A stretch of DNA of 64,000 bases, from positions 27,414 to 91,413 of the forward strand of contig JBEKAC010000008.1 of NCBI GenBank assembly GCA_050018395.1. Direction: 5' to 3'. Both the position numbers and the translations under genes were made by a program. Shown here in pieces: positions 37,335 to 45,223 of this stretch. The stretch's first letter is position 1. Each line of letters begins with the position of its first letter. The stretch comes from Dehalococcoidales bacterium (GTDB taxonomy: Bacteria; Chloroflexota; Dehalococcoidia; Dehalococcoidales; RBG-16-60-22). The notes under the pieces are model-generated. The model saw nothing but the letters and a program-made list of their open reading frames with translations. It was not told the DNA's origin and ran no database searches.

Positions 37335-38354
37335 TTATTTACGCCGTCCCAGATATTTAAACCAGTCGTTGGTGGCTTTGGCTATCGACTTTTCGTCCCA
37401 TACCGGAGCAGCCCGCCAGTAGTCAATATTTTCCAGGAGTATTTTTACCCCTGTTTCCAGGCTTATTTTAGGAGACCAGCCGAGTTCAGCCTTAATGCGG
37501 GTAATGTCCGCCAGTGTGCAATCAGGCTCGCCGGGACGCTTGGGGATATGTATCACGCCGGTCTTATTATCCAGTAGCTCAACCAGGCGGTTAACGCTGT
37601 AGGTGTGGTCGCTGCCCACATTAAATACCTTGCCGGTCACAGATGACTTTGCCGCAGTCATAAACGCCTCGACGACGTCGGTCACGAAAGTGAAGTCCCG
37701 CGTCTGCGTGCCGTCCCCCACGATGGTAAACGGCTTACTCGCCAGCTTCTGCGCCAGGAAAACGCCGAAGACGGCGCCGTAAGTGCCTGACGTCCGTGAG
37801 CGGGGCCCGTAAACATTGAACAGGCGGAGTGAGACACAAGGCATCCCATATAACTGGCTCCAGTGCCGCACGTATTCTTCGCCGATATACTTCGTAAGCG
37901 CGTAGGGATACATCGGCTTGATGGGTGAGTTTTCAGGTGTGGGGTATTTATCAGGAATCCCATAACATGAAGACGAAGCGGCATAAAGGAAACGTTTAAC
38001 GCCGGCCGCGCGGGCGGCTTCCAGTACGGCAACCGTGCCTTCTACATTGGCATGGTGGTAAGATTGCGGCTGCTGGATTGACGGTACAATGTCAGCCAAG
38101 GCGGCGATATGAAATACCCAGTCAATACCTTTAAAGTAAGATTCAATAGCCCCAAAATCGGCAATATCAACCTCATGGATCCGCAAGCGAGCATTGCCTG
38201 CCAGGTGGGCCAAGTTCGCCGGCCGTCCTGTAGAGAAGTTATCCAGCACGATGACCTCTTGCCCTTCTTTTAATAACCTCTCTACCAGGTGGCTGCCGAT
38301 GAAGCCGGCGCCGCCGGTGACGATAACCCGTTTTGTCATCTCTGTATTCTTCAT
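37335..38354 (-). CDS. NAD-dependent sugar-nucleotide epimerase/dehydratase (UXS/GalE-like extended SDR)
   Basis: VTGGAGFIGSHLVERL, YALTK catalytic motif, and a characteristic LDNFSTG. Confidence 0.8.
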   Translation of the reverse strand: MKNTEMTKRVIVTGGAGFIGSHLVERLLKEGQEVIVLDNFSTGRPANLAHLAGNARLRIHEVDIADFGAIESYFKGIDWVFHIAALADIVPSIQQPQSYHHANVEGTVAVLEAARAAGVKRFLYAASSSCYGIPDKYPTPENSPIKPMYPYALTKYIGEEYVRHWSQLYGMPCVSLRLFNVYGPRSRTSGTYGAVFGVFLAQKLASKPFTIVGDGTQTRDFTFVTDVVEAFMTAAKSSVTGKVFNVGSDHTYSVNRLVELLDNKTGVIHIPKRPGEPDCTLADITRIKAELGWSPKISLETGVKILLENIDYWRAAPVWDEKSIAKATNDWFKYLGRRK

Positions 38355-38358
38355 ATTT

Positions 38359-39636
38359 TTAACCGAGAGATTTTATTCGCCAATCCAGCACTGGATGCAC
38401 GGAGCCGGGGAACGTCAGCCAAGGAGTATCCTTTTGACTTAAACTAAACATGGTGAACGATAGGACGTTGATCTCAACGATGTCATCAGGCTGCCTTCTG
38501 GCCAGTTTTAACTGAATCGATAAATCGACTGAATAAGTCAGGGTATTAAAAAATCTTGGCGGGAAACGGCACTCCGCCTCGTAAAGCCCGATGGCGCCGT
38601 GAGAATTATCTTCGGTGATATTTTCCTCCGGTATACAGCTGGAATAACAAACGATCTCCTCCATGGGGCCTCTGATGGTAAAGGAGGCGATAGGGTGCTG
38701 TCCTTCCTGCAAGCTCCAGTATCTGACTTGAAGCACCATCTCGCTGTGGACGTCAAGCTCACCTCTTATCTTACCATCGGGCGAGAGGCTGCATACAGAA
38801 TGCAGCCTTATCTTATCATTGCCCGGGGCGGTCTGCGGATCATCCCAGATAATTTTCCCTGTGCTCTGGCGTGATGTCGCCAAATAGTGTTCTATTACCT
38901 TACTCGTTTCTCCGGACATGACAATCTGTCCTTTATCAAGCATTATAGTGCGCGAGCATAGACTGGAGATATTGTTAAGCTGGTGCGATACTACCAGCAC
39001 GGTGCGTCCCTGTTTCCCCACCTCTCTCATCTTGCCGAAGCACTTCTGCTGAAACTCGTAATCGCCCACTGCCAACACCTCGTCTATTAACAAAATATCC
39101 GGCTCAAGATGGGCTGCCACGGCGAATGCAAGGCGTACCTGCATACCGCTGGAGTATCTTTTCAGGGGCGTATTCATGAACTTTTCCACCCCGGAAAATG
39201 CTACAATTTCATCAAATTTACGGTCGATTTCTTTTTTCTTCATGCCCAGGATAGCGCCGTTTAACAGGACGTTCTCGCGGCCGGTGAGTTCGGGATGGAA
39301 GCCGGTGCCAACTTCAAGCAAAGAGCTTACCCGGCCGCTCACTTCGGCAAAGCCCTCGGTCGGCGTAGTGACGCGGGTAAGGATTTTCAACAGGGTTGTT
39401 TTTCCGGCCCCGTTACGGCCGATAATGCCCAGCACTTCGCCTTCTTCGACCTGGAAGGAGGCATTTTTTAGCGCCCAAATATAATCCCGGCCGGAGCTTT
39501 CAGGGTTGTCGTGCTTGCGCCGGAAAGGTGCGAGGAGGGTATTTGTCAGGCTTTCCCGCAAGGTCTGATAGGATACTATATTACCCAACTGGTAGCGCTT
39601 ACCTATGTTTTCTGCACGAATGGCTATTTTACCCAA
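38359..39636 (-). CDS. wzt: polysaccharide ABC exporter ATP-binding protein with a C-terminal extension of about 170 aa (Wzt/TagH-like)
   Basis: Walker A GRNGAGKTT, signature YSSGMQVRL, Walker B LLIDEVL. A non-ABC tail follows residue 250 or so. Confidence 0.8.
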   Translation of the reverse strand: MGKIAIRAENIGKRYQLGNIVSYQTLRESLTNTLLAPFRRKHDNPESSGRDYIWALKNASFQVEEGEVLGIIGRNGAGKTTLLKILTRVTTPTEGFAEVSGRVSSLLEVGTGFHPELTGRENVLLNGAILGMKKKEIDRKFDEIVAFSGVEKFMNTPLKRYSSGMQVRLAFAVAAHLEPDILLIDEVLAVGDYEFQQKCFGKMREVGKQGRTVLVVSHQLNNISSLCSRTIMLDKGQIVMSGETSKVIEHYLATSRQSTGKIIWDDPQTAPGNDKIRLHSVCSLSPDGKIRGELDVHSEMVLQVRYWSLQEGQHPIASFTIRGPMEEIVCYSSCIPEENITEDNSHGAIGLYEAECRFPPRFFNTLTYSVDLSIQLKLARRQPDDIVEINVLSFTMFSLSQKDTPWLTFPGSVHPVLDWRIKSLG

Positions 39637-39658
39637 TTTGCGGTGTCCTCATTCGTGA

Positions 39659-40552
39659 TTATATCACGTCAGCGAAAGACTTCTCCATGCGCCGGAAGTA
39701 AAACGCTCCTGAAGTAAGCACGATTACCATAATAACCGCCGAAACAGCCAGTAAGCCGCCCGGCGGATTTGTGCCCAGGATAGCCCAGCGGAAGCCTTCT
39801 ATTACTCCTGTCATGGGATTTAGCCCGTAGAATATCTGAAACCGCTTAGGTAAAAGGCTGCTGGAATAGACCACCGGCGAGGCCAAGAGCCAGAGCTGGA
39901 TGAGAAACGGCACAATATACTGGACGTCACGGTAACGCACATTTATCGCCGAGAGCCATAATCCGACTCCCAGGGAGGTAATGACAGCCAGAAGTAAAAA
40001 AACTGGCAGCAATAGTATTCTTAACGTGGGGGCATAGCTAAAGTAAAACATCAAGCCGATTAAAATGAGGAAGGCAATGGTAAAATCGACAATAGGCGAG
40101 AGAATCCCCGACACAGGCATAATCAACCGGGGGCAGTAGACTTTTTGAACGAGAGCGTAACCTGAAATCAGGCTGGCGGTCGACCGGCTGAGACCTTCGG
40201 CAAACAGTGTCCAGGGAAGCAGCGCGGTGTAAGTGAAGAGAGGGTAGGGGATTCCTTCCGAGGGTACCTTGGCTAAAGTCCCAAAGAACAGGGTAAACAC
40301 TATCATCATCATCAGGGGTTGAATAATGGCCCAGGCAAACCCTAAAAGGGTCTGTTTGTAGCGTAACTTGACCTCACGCCAGGTCAGGAAGTAAAGTAAC
40401 TCACGATACTCCCAGAGCTCTCGGAAATTGACCGGTACCCATCCGGACAAAGGTCGGATAACGGTGACGGGAGGCGTATCTCTACCCAAATGATGCTTTG
40501 AGACATCTGCCGCCCTGGCCGATGGCGAATTTGTTTTATTCTGACCTCTCAT
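39659..40552 (-). CDS. wzm: polysaccharide ABC-2 exporter permease (Wzm/TagG-like)
   Basis: ABC-2 permease with the typical ELWEYRELLYFLTWREVKLRYKQTLLGFAWAI N-terminal motif. Confidence 0.8.
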   Translation of the reverse strand: MRGQNKTNSPSARAADVSKHHLGRDTPPVTVIRPLSGWVPVNFRELWEYRELLYFLTWREVKLRYKQTLLGFAWAIIQPLMMMIVFTLFFGTLAKVPSEGIPYPLFTYTALLPWTLFAEGLSRSTASLISGYALVQKVYCPRLIMPVSGILSPIVDFTIAFLILIGLMFYFSYAPTLRILLLPVFLLLAVITSLGVGLWLSAINVRYRDVQYIVPFLIQLWLLASPVVYSSSLLPKRFQIFYGLNPMTGVIEGFRWAILGTNPPGGLLAVSAVIMVIVLTSGAFYFRRMEKSFADVI

Positions 40553-41127
40553 CTCTCGATGTTCACTTCCGTGTTTCCGTCATTATCCCCCCACCCAAGT
40601 ATAGCGTCGCTTACTGCCGCCAAGCTAGCAACAATGGCGTCCGGTGTTACCCCATCGCTTTCTGTCGGTGAAGGACCCCCTATCAGGATAGTCTTACAAC
40701 CCGCAACTTTGCCTAATTCCATGTCTTTCTGAAGGTCTCCTACCACAAATGATTGTTCCAGGTCGATATTCAAATCTCTGGCTGCCTGGAGTACCAGGGC
40801 TGGCTTTGGTTTACGACACTCGCAATTATCATCGGGATGATGAGGACAATAATAAACGCCATCAATATAGGCGCCTTTGCGGGCAAGTTCTTCCTGCATT
40901 TTCTTATGGATTCTATTCAAGACTTCCTCGTCGAAATAGCCCCTTGCAATACCCGATTGGTTCGTAATAATAATCACCTTGAAGCCACACTTATTCAGCT
41001 TTTTAATAACCTTCGCCGCCTCGGGAAAGAGCACGAAGTCTTCGGGGCGGCGGCAATAGTTTACGTCTTTGGCTATGGTACCATCACGGTCAAAGAACAC
41101 TGCCCTATTCATAGGATTACGTACCAT
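40549..41127 (-). CDS. gmhB: D-glycero-D-manno-heptose 1,7-bisphosphate phosphatase
   Basis: HAD motif VFFDRDGTI, the zinc-finger-like CPHHPDDNCECRKPKP, and GDLQKD. Confidence 0.8.
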   Translation of the reverse strand: MVRNPMNRAVFFDRDGTIAKDVNYCRRPEDFVLFPEAAKVIKKLNKCGFKVIIITNQSGIARGYFDEEVLNRIHKKMQEELARKGAYIDGVYYCPHHPDDNCECRKPKPALVLQAARDLNIDLEQSFVVGDLQKDMELGKVAGCKTILIGGPSPTESDGVTPDAIVASLAAVSDAILGWGDNDGNTEVNIER

Positions 41128-41145
41128 GAGTCCGGGACTTCCGAT

Positions 41146-41709
41146 TTATAGTGCCTCAATTTTTTCTTTAATCCGGCAGGGTATGATATGGGCAAGAACC
41201 ATGTGCGCGTCTTCAACCTGCTGGTAGTTCTTTTTGGACAGGACAATTGATTTATCCGCGAGGTCTTTCAGTTTACCGCCGCCGAAGCCGATGAAACCGA
41301 TGGTTACCGCTCCATTCTTGCGGGCATACTCTATGGCCCGGAGAACGTTAGGGGAATTACCAGAAGCGCTGATACCGATAACCACATCTCCTTTTACTAG
41401 TTGGTCTATGAGTTGCTCTTCAAAAATCCGATCATAGCCAATATCGTTAGCCAGGGAGGTAATGAAAGCCATGTTATCGGCTATGCAGTTTGCCCGGACG
41501 CGGGGCTTGCCCGCTACGGCTGTCCCAATCTGGAGGTCGCGGGCAAAGTGTATCGCCGTGGTGGCGCTGCCACCGTTGCCCATAATGAAGATTCGTTTAC
41601 GCTTCCTGTAAGCATCGAAGATTATATTTGCCGCTTCTTCGATATCGTGCGTGGAAAGCTCCTCAAGGCACTCTTGCAGTCCCGCTAAATATTCCTCAAT
41701 CAGTGCCAT
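41146..41709 (-). CDS. gmhA: sedoheptulose 7-phosphate isomerase (SIS domain)
   Basis: IFIMGNGGSATTAIHFARDL and GISASGNSPNVLRAIEYARKNG. First gene of the operon. Confidence 0.8.
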   Translation of the reverse strand: MALIEEYLAGLQECLEELSTHDIEEAANIIFDAYRKRKRIFIMGNGGSATTAIHFARDLQIGTAVAGKPRVRANCIADNMAFITSLANDIGYDRIFEEQLIDQLVKGDVVIGISASGNSPNVLRAIEYARKNGAVTIGFIGFGGGKLKDLADKSIVLSKKNYQQVEDAHMVLAHIIPCRIKEKIEAL

Positions 41710-42006
41710 ATTGCCTTACCTGTCTTACACTCGAACTGATTATTCTCATTTTCCACCAGGTAAATCTAGGTTGTTAGCCCTTATTTAGAATAGGTATCAA
41801 CCCTCAATTGGGATGGTAAATTCGTTTCGTTTTAAAAAATTGTTACGATAGATATTCACTGTCAGTATATTACAAACACCAATATTTGCCAACGGTCCAT
41901 AGATACCAGCTAAAAGCCGGATATATCATTTAGATAGGTAACAATCGCTGTTTTGTGGTGTTCCTTTCTATTATCACTAGGTTACGCGTAAAATGAAGCG
42001 GGAATC

Positions 42007-42029
42007 TTGCTAATAATTTGCTGATAGAC
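42007..42029 (+). promoter_or_regulatory. paired heptamer TGCTAAT-N4-TGCTGAT (site 3)
   Basis: TTGCTAATAATTTGCTGATAGAC, 22/23 identical to 20819-20841. It ends 114 nt before the tRNA 5'-half relic. A 12-nt direct repeat ACCATTTGGTAT (42048-42059 and 42120-42131) lies between them. Confidence 0.5.
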
Positions 42030-42143
42030 GGAATGAACCGTGTTAACACCATTTGGTATTTTACGAACAAAACAGGATTTTCACTATTGATACAAACATT
42101 CTAATTTGTACGTAGAACTACCATTTGGTATGGTGGCAACAGA

Positions 42144-42182
42144 TTAGGAAACCGCTGCTCTATCCGCCCGAGCTACAGGGGC
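42144..42182 (-). other. relic 5' half of a tRNA-Arg(CCT) gene
   Basis: 38 of 39 nt identical to 20718-20756 (tRNA positions 1-39). Identity stops exactly at the tRNA 5' end. The one mismatch (42169) changes the invariant A14. Confidence 0.85.
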
Positions 42183-42261
42183 GTACTAGTAATTCTAACA
42201 ACTGGTCGGGTATACTGCAACCAATTATCGCTGATAGCCAGTCATAGGCTGTTCCCAGGGT

Positions 42262-43065
42262 TTATAGCACGCTCCTGAAGGCAGTTCCGGAAACGTCCAC
42301 TACCGCCGAGCCGCCGTCGATAAGCAGGGCCGAGCCGGTCATAAAGGAAGATTCGTCGCTGGCCAGGTAGCTGCAGAGGCCGGTAATATCCGAAGGCTTG
42401 GAAACGCGCCGCAGCGGTACATCCCTGGCAAAGTAGTCCAGCGCTTCCTGTTTGGTTTTGCCCAGTTTCTCCGCGATGGGCAGGATCATTTCATCGAGCA
42501 GCTCGGTATCGATACCGCCGGGGCAGACCGCGTTGACCCGTATCCCGTACGGCCCGTAGTCCAGTGCGGCCTGCTGGGTGAGCATGATCAAGCCGGCTTT
42601 GGAGGTGCAGTAGGCCGGGCAGATGGGCAGGCAGCGCATGCCGCCCAGCGAAGCGATGTTGATTATCGAGCCCGTTTTGGCTTTTTTCATGTAAGGCAGC
42701 GCTTCCCGCATCATCAGGAAGGGCCCCGTCAGGTTGATATCGATGACCTTACGCCAGTCGTCCGGGGCAAGGTCGGCGACCGCCCCTTTGATGTCGTGGG
42801 CGGCGTTGTTGACCAGCACATCTATTTTCCCGCCGAACTTCACGGTCTCCGCCACCATCCTTTTAGCGTCTTCTTCTTTAGAAACATCCCCCGGGCAGAC
42901 CAGCACCGACCCTTTGGGCAGGGTTTGCGCCGTCTTTTCCAGCATTTCGCGGCGGCGGCCGGAGATGCAGACTTTTGCCCCGTCCTTGACGAACCTTTGC
43001 GCAATGGCTACCCCCAGCCCCCTGCCGCCGCCGGTAATCAGCGCAACTTTCCCTTTCAGGTCCAT
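42262..43065 (-). CDS. SDR-family oxidoreductase (FabG-like)
   Basis: TGGGRGLG Rossmann motif, NNAA, and YCTSK (YxxxK). Confidence 0.85.
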   Translation of the reverse strand: MDLKGKVALITGGGRGLGVAIAQRFVKDGAKVCISGRRREMLEKTAQTLPKGSVLVCPGDVSKEEDAKRMVAETVKFGGKIDVLVNNAAHDIKGAVADLAPDDWRKVIDINLTGPFLMMREALPYMKKAKTGSIINIASLGGMRCLPICPAYCTSKAGLIMLTQQAALDYGPYGIRVNAVCPGGIDTELLDEMILPIAEKLGKTKQEALDYFARDVPLRRVSKPSDITGLCSYLASDESSFMTGSALLIDGGSAVVDVSGTAFRSVL

Positions 43066-43100
43066 GGTGTGTTTCCTCCTAAAATATTTTAAGGTTTTAG

Positions 43101-43514
43101 CTAATCTTCTCTCTCGCCGGTAAGCGATACCGCCATGCAGACGTAGGGCGTGGTTATTTTATTAGTGACTATCGGGCAATGCCACAAACCGGCGGGTGCG
43201 ATTAAAACGAAGGGCTTATCGAATGTATATTTTTCTTCTTTGCCCAGCTCGCCGATGGATATTTCCACCTCTGCTCCCAGCTCATCCAGGTGGTGCGGGT
43301 CGGTCCCGATGAAGAACACCGCCTCATCATATTTATGCACATGCGGTTTCCGGGACATACCGGTGATGCCGGTGTTGTAGCCGCAAGCGTAAATGACGTG
43401 AAGTTTTAAGCCCCCAAGCTCCTTCGCCCCCACCCCGAATAACGCTCCTGCCGGCGTCTTATGAAAAGGTATCTCGGTCACATATTTCGCGTATTTTTGC
43501 TTTGCCGTTGCCAT
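43101..43514 (-). CDS. single-domain cupin metalloprotein, function unknown
   Basis: Cupin motif 1 HVHKYDE (HxHx3E) and motif 2 PAGLWH. Paralogous to both halves of the 44344 protein. Confidence 0.6.
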   Translation of the reverse strand: MATAKQKYAKYVTEIPFHKTPAGALFGVGAKELGGLKLHVIYACGYNTGITGMSRKPHVHKYDEAVFFIGTDPHHLDELGAEVEISIGELGKEEKYTFDKPFVLIAPAGLWHCPIVTNKITTPYVCMAVSLTGERED

Positions 43515-43567
43515 GATTACTCCTTTCCTGATTATTAGTTATTGTATCTTGGTTATCGGTTTTTTCG

Positions 43568-44326
43568 TTACCCCCCTATCTTTTTTCTCATTTCTGCCAT
43601 CTGTTGATTAACCCGCTTGCGGTGCGCGGCGCCGCCGGGCCCGGGTGGAGGGTTCGGGTCGTAGGGCATTTCCTTGAGGTTTTCCAGCATAGTAGGCAGG
43701 CGCTGGAAGGGCACCGATATCAGGAACAACCCCGGCGGAAACATATTCATGGCCTGCATGCCCATCCCCAGGCCGGTGATGTAATAGTTCAGTTCCCCGC
43801 TAACGATAGGATAGACGTAAATCCAGGCGCAGGCCACCACCGGCGTCGCCACGCTGGTGAAAGGCTTGCCGGTGGAGTAGTTAATCGACCGCAGCAATGT
43901 CTGCGCCTGGGTGGTATTGGCGGTTAAAACCAGCAAATCCGGGTCGAAGGTGAGCTTGTCCACCGGTGCAAAGGCCACGTACTTTACAGAGCCTTTCTGC
44001 AGCCGCGGCAGGTAGTCGTACATAGCGCGGCAGGCGTTGGCTCCTTTGAAAAGCCCCTCCTCCCCTCCGAACGCCCCGCTGGTGAGCAGCGGCTCGGCGT
44101 CTTTGATGCCCAGAATCATCTGTTCCACGCCTACACAGACCCAGTCCTCCGGCCCCACGTAAAAAACATTGCCTTCCTGCGCTTCCTTGAGCATTTCGCA
44201 GAAATTCAGCTCTTTGGCGAGTTTTTTGATGCCCGCCGGCCGCGTTATCATGTATTTCACGCCCACCGGCTTTTTCTCGAAGTTGAATTTGTCCAGTACG
44301 GAGTAGTCCTGCTTTTTAGCGGCCAT
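43568..44326 (-). CDS. DUF169 (COG2043-like) family protein
   Basis: Tracked ORF trimmed to MAAKKQDYSVLDKFNFEKKPVGVKY... (17 nt after the upstream stop). Paralogous to 45224..45967 along its full length (FCEM..EAQ.GN.FYV ...). Confidence 0.6.
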   Translation of the reverse strand: MAAKKQDYSVLDKFNFEKKPVGVKYMITRPAGIKKLAKELNFCEMLKEAQEGNVFYVGPEDWVCVGVEQMILGIKDAEPLLTSGAFGGEEGLFKGANACRAMYDYLPRLQKGSVKYVAFAPVDKLTFDPDLLVLTANTTQAQTLLRSINYSTGKPFTSVATPVVACAWIYVYPIVSGELNYYITGLGMGMQAMNMFPPGLFLISVPFQRLPTMLENLKEMPYDPNPPPGPGGAAHRKRVNQQMAEMRKKIGG

Positions 44327-44343
44327 AACGTTCTCCTGTTGCT

Positions 44344-45219
44344 CTACTTGGGCTTGTGCCCGCCCGGCATCGCTTCTTTGACGTCGCCGGTGCCCAGCAT
44401 GATGGACATCTGGATGTGCGGCCGGGTGAATTTCAGCCATCTTACCGGCCCGTGCGGTACGTTTTTCGGAATGTAGACGGCCGACGTCGTGTCGGTCACC
44501 TGTTTTTCTCCGCCCAGGTAAGCCTCGATTTCTGCCCCCAGGTCGGCGGGGTTTTCCGGGTCGGAGCCTACATTAAGGACGATTTCATCATAGCTATGGC
44601 TGTGGCTCCCCTCGATGGAGCTGGGATTGGGCATTTCCCACACCCACATGTATTCCATATAGGTGTTGCAGCCGGGGACCAGGCTGTTGCTCATGTAGGT
44701 CAGGGTAGGGTTGGTGCGCCCCGTAATTTTAAAAGGCGGCGTTATTTCGCGGGCCGGCTGGTCCACTGCATACTTATCGCATTCGCCGGGTTTGGTGGCC
44801 CTGAGGGTCTTTCTGGCCCCTTTTTTCTCCTCGAACTCGCCGCTGAACTTGATGGCCATCTGCATGTGCGGTTTCTCGAAGCTTTTCCATGATACTTTCC
44901 CGTGCTCCACGCCTTCCGGGATCCACAGCGCGGTCGTTTTGGTGGTCAACTGCCGGTCCTGCCCCAGGTACCCTTCGATTTCCCCGCCCAGATATTCCGG
45001 ATTATGCGGGTCCATCCCGAGCGTAAAAATAATCTCCGGGTAGCTATGGAATTCCATGGCCAGGTGCATCGGGTTCGGCTTGGGTTTGTCTTTAATCCAG
45101 CTGAACATGATGTTCATGTTGCAGCCGGGCAGCAGCTCATCGCTCATCAGCCACCCGCCGGGAAACCCCGTTTTCTTGCGGGACATTTTAATCATGTTTT
45201 TTTCGTATTTCGCCACCAT
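44344..45219 (-). CDS. bicupin protein, function unknown
   Basis: Two cupin modules. The first has EFHSYPE ... PEGVEH and the second has HSHSYDE ... PKNVPH. Confidence 0.6.
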   Translation of the reverse strand: MVAKYEKNMIKMSRKKTGFPGGWLMSDELLPGCNMNIMFSWIKDKPKPNPMHLAMEFHSYPEIIFTLGMDPHNPEYLGGEIEGYLGQDRQLTTKTTALWIPEGVEHGKVSWKSFEKPHMQMAIKFSGEFEEKKGARKTLRATKPGECDKYAVDQPAREITPPFKITGRTNPTLTYMSNSLVPGCNTYMEYMWVWEMPNPSSIEGSHSHSYDEIVLNVGSDPENPADLGAEIEAYLGGEKQVTDTTSAVYIPKNVPHGPVRWLKFTRPHIQMSIMLGTGDVKEAMPGGHKPK

Positions 45220-45223
45220 GTAG

